Assembly: GCA_030704615.1 (NCBI GenBank)
Contig: CM060733.1
Coordinates: 24,366,001-24,430,000, forward strand
Source: Takakia lepidozioides
Lineage: Eukaryota > Plantae > Bryophyta
Length of the DNA stretch: 64,000 bases
Direction of reading: 5' to 3'
Under the pieces are notes generated by a model. The model saw only the letters and a program-made list of their open reading frames with translations, searched no databases and was not told the DNA's origin. This document shows positions 51,701 to 63,753 of this stretch, piece after piece. The translations under genes were made by a program, and so were the position numbers. Numbering within the stretch: the first letter of the stretch is position 1; every line of letters starts with the position of its first letter.

Positions 51701-52348
51701 GGACGGAGAAGAAGAAGGCGCTGGTGTGGTTTCACAAGGGGCTGCGCCTGCACGATATCCCAGCAGTGCTGCCCGCCAGTGAGGGTGCCCGCCATGTCTA
51801 TCCTGTGTTTGTGCTGGACCCCTGGGTCTTGTCTCCGGACCCCTCCAGCTCCATCTCCTGAGTCTGTGGGAGTGCGTGTGCATCGACTTTCTCTTGGGGT
51901 CCGTGCAGGAATTGGATGAGCGTCTTCGTGCCCGCGGATCTCGCTTACTTTAGGTGCAGTTGGGCTGCCTTAGTCTGGCGTGTGAAGGAGAATAATCCGT
52001 GTTTTCTTCTCATGACTACTCAGTGCCACTGTCGTTCAATGATGGATACAAGTTTGATGCAAATACTGGGGGAGGGAGCATATCGGGTAAGAAGTCCACG
52101 TATTATGATGAAGGGCTGGTTCAGGAGTTAGGTTGATTTCCACTGTATCTGGTTGTAGATGCTCCATCTCCTTCTATGCGCTCCTTCAATGAAGGTGATG
52201 GGGTTGCAGGGTTAGGGGCGGGTACTGGTATGCCTGGTGTAACAAGCAATCTCTAATCATTTGCAGGAAATTGCTAGGCAAGCAGGGGTGGAGGTACACA
52301 GCCCTGTGAGTCCCACTCTCTTCAATCCTCCTCATGTCATTGCCAAAG
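51701..52348 (+). pseudogene. (6-4) photolyase (UVR3-like) 5' relic
   Basis: ALVWFHKGLRLHDIPAV..VYPVFVLDP; after a frameshift FLLGSVQELDERLRARGSRLL*; later exon EIARQAGVEVHSPVSPTLFNPPHVIAK. No FAD-binding C-terminal exons follow. Confidence 0.82.
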
Positions 52349-52711
52349 TATCTCCTGCCCATACCTTGTCGGTGGCCAAACACCTTTCTGACAAGAAAGA
52401 AGACAAAAAGAGAGTGTGTACAAATATAAGCTGATATGGAAAAAGCTTACAGACTATCCAACTTGCTTTCTTTGGACAAGAGATCAATTTGACATCTGAT
52501 GCAAAAAAAGGAGTTGGATTGAGAGCCAGTTCTAACTGTTAACAAGAAGCATCCAAAAGTTTTGAAAAGGGCTTCCTTCACATCACAGCAACTTAGTTCC
52601 AGTGTTCTTGAATATCACACTGGAAAAGTTGCTCTTGCACCAACCTTCAAAGGACACAATGAGCAGAATCAGACTTGAACGTTCTTATTCAAGACGTTGG
52701 ACAAGCAAGAC

Positions 52712-52736
52712 TGCGGTGAGCGTGGATTGAACACGC

Positions 52737-52775
<39 letters not shown>

Positions 52776-52784
52776 CATCCCCGA
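52712..52784 (-). tRNA. tRNA-Phe(GAA), with U1:C72 mismatch and G9 variant
   Basis: Reverse complement TCGGGGATGGCTCAGTTGGGAGAGCGTCAGACTGAAGATCTGAAGGTCGCGTGTTCAATCCACGCTCACCGCA matches the plant cytosolic tRNA-Phe except at positions 1, 9 and 57. No oligo-T terminator immediately downstream. Confidence 0.88.
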
Positions 52785-53198
52785 TTGCGGAATAATGATT
52801 GGACCGGATTACATATATAAAGAGACTCCTGTAAACTCCTCTAAATTATTAGTCTATAACTCGCGCGTCTCAAAAGATAAAATCATATGGACAATCGACT
52901 CTGTCCACGCGGAATTGGCTTCGCTTCCTTGGGATGGGGACGAGATACACGTAAGGCAGAGCTTTTGGAGTTTTCTCTGAAGTGGCACGAGTGCGTGACT
53001 TCGTTGTGTCCAGTTCAGCCCAGTGGAGGGGGAGGGAGAGAGAAACACACCCAAAAGTTTGATCTTGGAGTCGGAATCTGGGATCAGTGATTGGGCTGCA
53101 AGCGAGCTTGTATGAGATCTCATGATTCCTCTGCATCATGATAGAAGTTCTCTTGTGCCTGGTCGCCTTCTCATGTGTGAGCGAGAACAGATTGGAGA

Positions 53199-56100
53199 AT
53201 GGAGGTGGCTGTTAGGATGGTAGATATGGTCGGGGCAGCAATTATCGTGCTTATGCTTCTTGCTCCAGCTTCGTCAGCTGCTAACGCAGATGCCCAGACA
53301 GGTTAATGACCTCTCTTCTCTGGGATCCTTTTTCTCAAGCTCATGGGGTTGATGATATCCTTCCATGAAAATTATCACACACGATCTTGGCAAGATGCGG
53401 AGAGAGATATACCAATTTACGGAGGAATTGGGCCATCAAAACTTGTAACGTTGGTCCCTAGCTGCATAGGCAGTGTCTTTGCGAATGTCTGAATTTTGAT
53501 AGTATTGGTTGGCTGTGGAAGTGCACATGAGGTTGAATATGTTGCACAGGTTGTTTCTGCTGGGCAGCTCTGAGCATTTCATTATAATCAGTGTTGGCAG
53601 GAATAGGAGGTGAGGCAGATTTGTACCTAGGCCTGGTGACCTTGCAGTAAACCCACAATCAGAGGATGCATTCACTGAAAACTGATGTCTTGAATGTACT
53701 TTCACTCGTATTATATGTTGGTTCTTCCACAGGGATTGGCCATGCTTTCAACATGTTCTCTAGCAGAGGAACCAGAAAGTGAAAAACATGTCCAATTTAT
53801 GTGGTGGTATGGTTCGGAGGAAACTTTTTTGCAGCCCATAGTTATCACACATAGGTGATACAATTCGCATTTGCCCAGCACTAATGTTCAGTAGGAGATG
53901 GTTGACTCTGCAGAAGTGGAAGTGGTCACAAATGGCTGTCGGTATAATAGAACCATGGCTCTCATCCTTGTGGAGTATGCATCGGCGGTAAGGACCCCAT
54001 TCCTGTTGGTACTTCTGTTCCTTTCGACTAATTATCACAATTCTGGGAATCATCTGATATGGCTTGTGTCTCCTGACAAAGTTGCAAATGATTTTGGATA
54101 GGTCTACATAGAAGATGAGCTTGCGCTGCTCTCCTGGAGCTGCTCGCGATGTGAAGGTTTGACCAAGGTGGGGCCATGGGTATTTTGGGGTATTTTGTGG
54201 TTGGAACGTATATATTGTCAAACTTTGCAAGGCTGTGTGAGAAGGCCTGGAAGGGAACATGTTGGGATGCCATGCTATTGCCCAGTCCAGTGAAGGAAAG
54301 AAAGATGAGTTATGAATAGGAAGGAAAGATGGAAACTATAAAAGGGAGTATTGTCATTCTGTGTAGCGTGTTTTTGTTTCTTCACTGGACCAAAGGAAAA
54401 CAAGATTGTTAATGGTCATGATATCATGATGGTTGTGCTCCACTGCTGATTGCACTGTGTTGAAGACCCTGTAATTGGGTGGTCTACTTGCGCACATCAG
54501 GAGGCCTACTTACTTTCCTCGGAGTGTTCATTGATGAATCTGGAGTTGCATCTGTGTGTTCATATGCATTATGGCAGGGATTCAAGATTCATACTCTTGT
54601 TGTGGATGTTCAACATTGCCTCCAGGTGTGCAAGCGTGCTGTGCAATTCTTGATCTGCCACTCTTTACTAATTCTCCGTTGCAGTGATTTTTGCCTTGGG
54701 CTCATAAACGAGAGATCCAACTCGTTGGGCAGGGAAATTTTGCATGAGTTATCAATGTGGTAGGAAACTAATACACCATAAATTTGTTTATGCATAAGCT
54801 TGCTGGAACTTCATCTATCTGCATCAGAATTCCGATATTCCAGCCATAGATGATTGCGTGAATGACAGAGCTGGAGTGCAAGTAGTACTGATATTACACA
54901 ACGGGTCTTTCAGAACATGGGTGGGAAAGAACGAGTCGTTTAGATCAGAGGTTGGTCAGTATCCCTTACCAAAGAATAATTAGTGGTTAAGTGCAGGCCT
55001 TTGTTGGAGTGGCAGAGAATTTGAATGCAATTGTGATAGCATTTCGCGGCACCCAAGAAAGCAGGTATTCCCTTGAAAATGGTGAACATAGGAACAAAGT
55101 AGTTGGCAAAACTACATTCAGTTGTTGTGAGTAGTTGATATGATCAGGTAGTGTTTTTTCCTCTTGGTCATTTTTTCCAACGGTTATGCAACATAAGATT
55201 TGAGTTTTGTCTTCACTATGTCTTGCTTGTTAAATATGACATTGTCAAAGGATGTTGTTTAACAGATGCTTGTCCAGTCGTATCCAGAAAGATCTGCATG
55301 CATAGAAGAGAGTTGGCTAATGTGCGGATTACTGGTGGGGATATCTGGCAGTATGCAGAATTGGGCTGAGGACTTGCTCTTTAAACAGCTTGATCTCAAT
55401 TATCCAGGTGTCACTGATGCTATGGTGGGCATTATTTACCTTCTCTCCTCAGACAAGCTTCTAGTCATGAAATCCAAATCACAGATTACTATTGAATGCT
55501 TATGACTTGACAGTTGGGACTGTATTATGACTTCTTTACTTCTCAGCAAGAAGGACCGTTGATTCCTGAGCGTGATGTCACCGAGACATACTATTCATAT
55601 CATGCTTACTGCTGTTGCTGTGTGACTTTATTGACTGTTATCAATCACAATGATTCCATGGCATGCTATCTCTGAGAGTTTATTCTAATTGACGTTCTGC
55701 CCATTGATCACTTCTCACACCAGAGCCATATTGAAGGTTTTTTGGTAAGTTACCAAATAACGAGTCTGTAAACTCTGAAATCCACTCTGCTGCCCAGCCA
55801 GATTGAATTTGCAACTCATGATCTTGACTTTCGATCTATGTTGTGGCCAGGTACATCAAGGGTTCTATTCAGCATATCACAACACCACAGTTCGTGACAG
55901 CATTCTCACTGCTGTTCAATCTATACAACAGGGAAGGGATGGGCTCCACTTCTTGCTCACAGGCCACTCAATGGGAGGGGCAATGGCTTCCTTTTGTGCA
56001 CTTGATCTTGCTGTACGTGTGGTCATCTCCCATCTCATCCCTGGCTTGCAATGGCTCAAGCTTTGTTGCCATCAGACAAGAATCAGTCAAGCTTGTTGGA

Positions 56101-57617
56101 TTGTGAACTTGGCTGCAAAATGAGAAGCAGGTCCCTTTGCTCAAGACAATGCTTTTGGCAGGCACAAGGGGTAGAAGCAAGTCCTGGGTCATAGAGAATT
56201 GACTGGGTCCTAACCTGCTGGTATAAGCCAAGGATACTGGTCGAAGGAAGGGATAATACTCTCTGTCATCTTCTACTCCCTAAACAATAGTGCTTCCTTG
56301 CAGGCAAACTATGGTGTTCAGAACATTGAGATTATCACATTTGGGCAGCCACGAATCGGGAACTCTGTTTTTGCAGCATATTACAATGAGCTTGTCCCTT
56401 GGACCATTCGAATGACACATGCTAACGATTTGGTGCCACATCTGCCTCCCTATTACACTCTGCTAGGCCCACGTTCCTACCATCATTTTGCAACTGAGGT
56501 ATGTGTGTGGCAGTTAATCATTTCTGTATGTTCAGAGCTTAAGCAAAATTTGCCAGAGTGTGGACCTTTTTTAAATAATGTTTCTAGGCAGATGAATGTG
56601 TCTATTCAGTTGGGGAGTCTCAATCTTGACATATATCGAGACAGTACTGGTTATAGTCAATTTTGTTGCTGATGTTCTTGATTCACACTTTGGTAGGTTT
56701 GTTTAGAATTTGCTTCAGTGGCGTTGCTTGTCAACTGCACGATCAGTCTTTCCTTGCATCAGTACATGTGTGTATTCATACATATACATACTGCAAGTGT
56801 AGCTTGTTCGACAGACATATTCTAAATTGTGCTTGCTTGATGACATCCAACTTCATATTATCTGAGTTAGACTGTTGAGAATGAGAGTATACTGTGATTA
56901 GAGATTGATGCACCGAGTTGATGCAGGTGTGGATCTTCAAGATTGTTGTGGGCCCTCTGCAGTATGAGTTTGAGCGGGTTTGTGACAGTTCTGGTGAGGA
57001 CCCTACGTGTAGCAGGTCGGCTCCCTTTCATCTCTTTCACTGGCATTCTATCTTCCTCTTTCTCTCTCCCTCTCAATACTCCCTTCTAGTCAGTCAAAAA
57101 CCATGGGGTCTATCTCTACAGAAAGGTTGCTGAAAGAATTTAAACAATGTTCCATTCAGAGAACAGGAGCACTGTTACTGTCACTGGATTCATGATGCGA
57201 ACAATGGCTTACTGGAAAATTTCAGTCTGTTTCTAGAGCTTCAAAAGACCATTTACTTCATCTGCTGGGGTTGAAGTTTTCTCCATCTGAGAAGGTTGCC
57301 TGGGCACACCTGTACAGACCGACAGCAGGGAAATAAAGGGGAGCAGAGCAGGCATAGTGTGCCTATTTGTGGCTATCCCATTCATTTTGAGTCTTATGAA
57401 TCTTGATATTTATGTTGCCTGTTGGCTATGGAAACGGTGCAGGTCAGTCAAAGGCAACAGCATTTCGGATCATCTCAACTACCTTGGTGTCTACCTTAGG
57501 ACTGAGGACAATGTAATGGCTATAGGCAGTGATTTTCTCAAGGGAAAATCTTTGTTTAATTCCAACCTGGATGTTCCAGGCAAGCCCAGGAAAGCCATGA
57601 AGGGGAGCTTATTGTAG
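53199..57617 (+). CDS. Secreted class-3 lipase (alpha/beta hydrolase), about 10 exons
   Basis: Hydrophobic signal peptide; YNRTMALILVEYASA|VY..WSCSRC; IVIAFRGTQE; VHQGFYSAY; LTGHSMGGAMA (Ser); TFGQPRIGN; HANDLVPHLPP (Asp); SGEDPTCSR; SISDHLNYLG (His). Exon phases are consistent. Confidence 0.92.
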
Positions 57618-58571
57618 CACTTGTAGCACATGCAACGTGCTTAGGTGTTCTGCATCATGGCTGCGTCATGGTTGTTCTGGCCAAGATCTTGCTGGTTTAT
57701 GTACTACCATCCATTTGCACAGTCAGAAGTACGGTCCTATCGGTTCAAAGAGAGGTCCTGAAGGTCAAGGTGTGTTCTCCATCATGGGAAATCCCATTGT
57801 TGACATTTACATGAAGGTTGTCCATCTGCCTAGCCAGCACCATCCCACTACCTGATTGCACAGGAGTCTCAACCTGTCCAGAGCCAAGTGGGTTGGCCCC
57901 GATGAAAGCAGCATGGTGATTCCAGTCCTCTGTTGTGACAAAGGGACCACATCTCCTGCGAACATTAGCTACTTTGGAAGGGATGAGGATGCAAGGTCTG
58001 ACTTGTGATCTAATGGTGAGATGCGGTTGTTGGCAGCTTCTGGGGAATCAATGAAGGGGAAAATGATTATTGGTGGGTGTCTCTTCACTAGTTGCAGATG
58101 CTGATTGTGCAGGATGGAGTCCTCCCCACAACAACACCTCTATTGGTGTGCTTCATGGAGCACACTACAACTGGCCAACCTGATTCTTGAAGGGGATTCG
58201 GACATACTTGTTTACAAGAAATTGTTTTTTGGGTCAGCAGAAAGAAGATTACAAGCAATTTCCACTGTGAAAGACCATTGCCCATGATAGCTTCTTATTG
58301 ATGAGTGTAGGAGGCACCAACTCCACATTGTCGTCTGATTTACATATTTGAGATCAGCGAGTACTGAAGCTCTTTGTCCTTGCTCTCTTTGATCTCAGAA
58401 TTTGATATTGGCTTTCACTGGTTCGGTTCTATCTTGTCAATAGACATGCCCCAAGCTGGAGAGTTCATCCTTTGGCAGGGATGATATCTGAGACGCCCAA
58501 ACATAGTATTTGTTCCTTTTTTGATAAATCCTTCTGCCATCCTCCTGGAGTCACCTTAATGTGGAAAACAC

Positions 58572-58939
58572 CAGTGTTGTACTGGTATCAGGTTTAGGAC
58601 ATACCAGTTGGGTATCTATAATGGTGGAAATTACTGGTATGAATATGAGTATTATGACCACAAATATCATGTGGTATATAGTATCAATAGGGGTATCATT
58701 CCAAGTAAACCAATAAAATATATATTATATTATATTATATATTAAATAAATATAAATGCGTATAAATACATATGCATATATATACTAATTTAATATAGTA
58801 TTGATACCAATATAAATGAGGAAGATGGCTGGGTAGTGCTGGTGTTGAAAAATCAATAACAGTCCGGTAGGTTCTGCAATACCAGATTTATACCCAGTAT
58901 TGATACCCAGGTGAAACCCTCTATACCAGTACAACACTG
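58572..58939. mobile_element. hAT-type MITE
   Basis: Perfect 17-bp TIR CAGTGTTGTACTGGTAT / ATACCAGTACAACACTG; 8-bp TSD GAAAACAC (58564-58571, 58940-58947); internal TGGTAT/ATACCA motifs and an AT-rich core. Confidence 0.93.
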
Positions 58940-59261
58940 GAAAACACGCATCTCAGTAATTGTGACATACATGTACACAAATCTGTCAGTGGCCTCCTAG
59001 AGGATTGAACGATTGAACATCACTAGTACCTCCATATCATATTGGAGTTATCTGTCTTACACAACACAAACCACAGTGCTCCGCATAGCCCATAAGGTAA
59101 TGCAGGGTTTTGTGTGTTGACCATGGGTTGGCATTTACGGCATGGGAGCCCTTTTATTCCCGAGGAAACATATAAAGCAAATAAATAAAGTATGCATTAC
59201 ACTAGGAGAAAAGTCTTACAAAGACATGGAGACTCCTATTCATTTCAATAACCATCTATCC

Positions 59262-59333
59262 TGCTGTGAGCGTGGATTGAACACGCTGCCTTCTTCGGTC
59301 GAAAGAAGGCTCTCCCAACTCAGCTATCCCACT
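59262..59333 (-). pseudogene. tRNA-Phe-derived pseudogene
   Basis: D and T arms match 52712-52784, including the TTCAATCC variant. The anticodon/variable region is replaced by GCCTTCTT-N7-AAGAAGGC. Confidence 0.8.
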
Positions 59334-59396
59334 AACAAGACAATATCTATCTATTAAGCAAGGTAATTTGTTTTGTTTTGTTTTGTTTGTATGTAC

Positions 59397-59575
59397 CAGT
59401 GTTGGTCTGGTGTATAGGTGAAGGACTGGTATAAAATACTGGTATATGCACTGGTATTAGATACCAGACCAGTCTGGTATCATTTGGGAGAATACTGGGT
59501 CATATACCAGACCAGGCTGGTATCAGTTTTTTCCCCAGTCTGGTATGTCCTAACACTGATACCAGAACAACACTG
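59397..59575. mobile_element. hAT-type MITE (179 bp)
   Basis: TIR CAGTGTTGGTCTGGT / ACCAGAACAACACTG; 8-bp TSD GTATGTAC (59389-59396, 59576-59583); many internal CTGGTAT/ATACCAG motifs. Confidence 0.92.
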
Positions 59576-60560
59576 GTATGTACGTTGAGATCACCCAAAC
59601 CGCAAGGGCTCCACTTGGGTTCTTGATACCCCCTGGAAAGCCCTCGATGAGGTAGTGGTGCTGGGCGACCCGGGGTGTGGGAGATATTGCATTCCAAATA
59701 TTTTGTCACTGGGAATTCATGAAAAATAGCAAATTGGGTTTTTCTGGAATATAAAATGACGGTACAATACTAGTTTTTTTTTTAATAAATAAATTTCATT
59801 ATAAATTTCAAGCAACAGGGGACAGTGGCCCTGGTAAATTTATTACTGAGGCAAAAAGGGGGTGTACAAAGAGGAAAAAATAACCTCTGAAGAAGGTGCC
59901 ATAGAGGCTGACCTAGGAAGGCTATGCTTCCGGACCAAATAACGAAGAGAAGGGGGAAGCTGCTAGTTACTGTTTTATTATTATTTTTAATAATTTCAAT
60001 TTATTGTTATTGTTATAGTTAATAATATAATAATATTTGACGCCTCCCCAAGGAAGCGTATATTTATTACAGTTACTATCTTCAACTCAGTAACATTTTT
60101 CAAAAATATTACGGGCCTCGTGAGAAAATCGCGTGGAAAGCCTCTCCACGAAATTAGCTTCACTTCCGTAGCGGCGGCCGAGGGAGAGTTGATCCCGGAT
60201 TCGGATTCTGGGATCAGTGATTGGCTGCAAAAGTAGTGGAAAGGGAGGGAAGAGGGTAACCCTTTACCCTCTACAAGCTGTCCCTTTACAAGGTAGAGGG
60301 TAAAGGGAGCCTCATCATATGAGTTATCGTGTGCCTCATGTGTGAGCGAGAACAGATTGGAGAGAGGTGGGGGAGAGAGACAGAGAGGTGGGGATTCTAC
60401 CAATTGCTCCAGTTGACTCAAAACGGATTCTACAATGCTGCAGCGTAGTATTCACCCTGGGCAGTCTTTCATACAGAGAAGTGTCTGTGTGGAAACCCTT
60501 GCAAGAAATGGTAAAGGTGGAATACTGTTACAATCAGTCAACTCAAGATGAGAAAAAATG

Positions 60561-60635
60561 TGCAAAATCTGACAAGCTTTATGCCATTGGATCTTACCAA
60601 TGCAAAATCTGACAAGTTTTATACCATTGGATCTT
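60561..60635. repeat. 40-bp-period tandem duplication
   Basis: TGCAAAATCTGACAAG(C/T)TTTAT(G/A)CCATTGGATCTT at 60561 and 60601. Confidence 0.85.
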
Positions 60636-61311
60636 GGCCATTCAGGTGCAGGACATAAGCTTGTGCCCATGGCCGCTACATTGGAAAGATAGGGGGAACA
60701 TATTATAAAAGTTTTGCAAACATTTTGGTTCACATTGCTATTCCGAATTATTCAGTCTGAAAACATTGTTCCCTTCCGGAAACGCTCTCTCTCCGTTGTT
60801 GATGTAAGCTTCAGCTCTATGCTTTGGTCAAATTTTGTTCTTGCTTATGTATTGTCGGGAGATGCTCGCTATGGATAGTGAAAGGGGTCCCAATAATTTG
60901 GATTGATCAAATAGCAGACCTGCTTGTCTGAAAAGTTGCTCATTATGAGCTTTGGACATAGTAGCGAGGGACTGATCAATAAGAAGTCATTCCAATCAAA
61001 ACATCCACAGGGAGTCTGGGTCCCTAATAACCCTGAGGGAGCTGCACTTTTGTAGCACCCATCTCTTCACGGACATTTCTCACCCCTGCCTTGTGCTCAA
61101 GTTACAGAAGCTGTTGTATTGTGATTGGTTGAAACTATCACAAACCACGGGATCCTTTCATTGCATAAAACAACTTTGAGCAGTGCAAGTGAGGTATGAG
61201 TCGCTGTGACTGCAGTCCAAGAAACTCAAGTTGGCAACCTGTCACACAGAAACTTAATATTACTATGTATTTTGTTGAGATGATTGAGGTTCATGTAGAG
61301 CTTGAGAAGTG

Positions 61312-63753
61312 TTAAGCCCTGAACCGATATATCTGTGAGCCTCTTGGGTGCACACGAAAGACAATAGGGAGAAAGACACTTTCTAAGCCAGAGTACAAAA
61401 TGCAAAGGCAAGGATGGTTGAGGAAGTACTTGATAGCATCAGCTTTGCTTTGCTGAAAGGTATGATTCTGTGCATCAACTTCTGGAAAGTCGCAGTCCAT
61501 AGTATCGGCACTCAAACAATACGGAGAACCTCCCAGTAACTTGACAAGCTCCTCCAAGACAACTGAGTTGCCTTCAGGTGTCAGATGAAGGCCAGCACTG
61601 CAGCCAACAAAATCACACCCCCGTCAAAACCCCTCCAAGGAATTAAACACATGCATAGCAGCGTACTGTCCTCCAACGTCTGGCAGCCTCTTGATGTCAC
61701 TTATGATATGAAATGTTGCCGAACTCGGCTTCTCTTGACGGAGTTTAGGGAGGTCGTAAGGACAGACAAACTCACAATAGACGAAAATAGTCCTCAAAGC
61801 TATACCATCTAATCTCAGTGGAAGAGGAAGTCGAGTTGCCATGCTTTTGGAGATCATCTCACAAGAGACGACAGGCCTCAATGGCCACAACGATCTACAG
61901 ATGCACTTCTCAAGCTCAGAATGAAAACGGACTTTTCCACAGTATTTGGTGTACATCCCAACATAACATTAGGATGTCAACTCTTCACCGTAGAGTGCAT
62001 TTACACTGACCTGAGGTAAGTCTGCCAGTTGGGCCTCTGCTGAAAGATGGACCAAAGATCAATGACAGGCACACATGCCTCCCCGCTCACCTCTTTGCAT
62101 GCCTTGGCATATTGCCCTGTCACTTCATTAGTTCGCCCTGGAGGGTCCTCTGCCTTGACGCCATACGTTTCCCTGTCAAAAGAGTCATGAGATATCAGCT
62201 CTCTGCATTTTCTTGTCATGAAATTCACCAGCATGTATGATAAGGCAGACCAAGGAAGACCTGGCATATGTGCGGTACCCAACCTCGTCAATGGGACGGG
62301 GTGCAATCAGCACCACAAGTGTTGTTTCTGAAAGGCCCTGCACAGAGGATATGCAGTTGTATGAGAACCTTCCTCCCATACAAGTGAACATGTGACATGG
62401 CCACTGTATCCGTTGTACGACACTCTCAATTAGGGCAGAATTCCCATGTACCATCTTGGCCATCACTCAACCCTAGAATAACCACACCATGACAGTTTCC
62501 CAGAAAAGGAGTCCGAAGAAGTTCCCAGTTTGCAAGTAAAGGAAATTCAACCGTTGATGCTATCCAGCACCACATTAGGCTAACAAAGTGAATAACAAAC
62601 AGTTCACATATCAAAATCTGCCCAAGAAAGTCACATGCAAATGAATGTGAAGGGTGCTCGCAAACTTTCAATCCTGGTCACACTAACATACCCAAAGGAA
62701 AGAACTGGAGTGTGCTATCCTCACAGTGCCTCCTCAAAGGCAATTTGCAGCTCAGCCAGTATCAAGGAATTTTCAGCGTCTCATAGCTTCATAAAAGTCA
62801 GAAAACAGACCTTGATATGCGAGATGATATGATGGAGATTCGCCTTAAACTCAGCAACGGGTACATGCTGCCGCTGGCAGTCTGCGTCGGGCAGTGCTGC
62901 ATCATTTGCACCAAAAAACACCGTTACCAATCCTGGGGCCTCTGATGACTGTTTCCCATCCCAACAAGCCAACAAAGCCTTCAGCAATTGGAAGTGTCAA
63001 TACCATGGGTTATAAGGAGCACTTCTGAGAGAAGGCATCACCATGCACACTGTTTGGTCTGGAAATTTATTATCTCTATAGATCAACCTTCCAGATATCC
63101 AGTGCTCCTCAGCTCCAGAGAAACCTATCAAGACTGAAGCCCCACGAGACAAACACAGAGGAATCCCTTGCCCCATCATGACGGGGAATCCTAGGAAGCA
63201 CCACTACCTTCGGAAATATTTTATCCAGCAAAAAGAGTGCCCATCGCGTGTTGTACCCACTATATCCCCGCAACATCACATCTGCCTGCACTCCAGGACA
63301 CGCTTGCTATCAGAGCCCTCTTCTGAGAAAGAATTTTCAGCATACCTTCCGTTAATCTTTTCCAAGACTGATATCTTTGAGGAAAATTTTGTTGAACATG
63401 TTCCCGGGGCTTTATGAAATGGAAAACCTAGAAATCTAGATCACTAGGCACCCCATGCATCCACAGACAACTTTCAAATTAGAAACGGCAATGCGCCTCA
63501 AGCAACCTCAGTAGATAGCATTACTGACCACTCAAAAATTCGATGTGGTACTCTTAGTGGGTCTGTCCAAAGTTGTGGTTACGAAAACCAAGCAGAGGCC
63601 AGAGTTAGAGAACAAAGTGCCGGATGGAGGAAGCAGGAAAGGGCGGAGAAACAGCTTCCTGGCATAGCGGTCGGTGATGCCAGCTCCCCACCCTCCAGGA
63701 CGAAACGATTGCTGCGTGATGGAATCGCCAAACAGCACGAACTGAGGCCGCAT
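61312..63753 (-). CDS. GDSL/SGNH esterase, CPRD49/IAH1-like; probably catalytically impaired or pseudogenising
   Basis: MRPQFVLFGDSITQQSF..GWGA; ADVMLRGYSGYNTRWA; VTVFFGANDA; RTNEVTGQYAKAC; last exon S-A-G-L-H-L-T-P-E-G-N, where the family has SDGLH. The exon 1 donor position reads CT. Confidence 0.85.

Noticed and set aside
36747-52348. UV-response gene cluster (DHU1 plus photolyase)
   Set aside because: The photolyase is a truncated relic separated by unrelated loci; no evidence beyond proximity.
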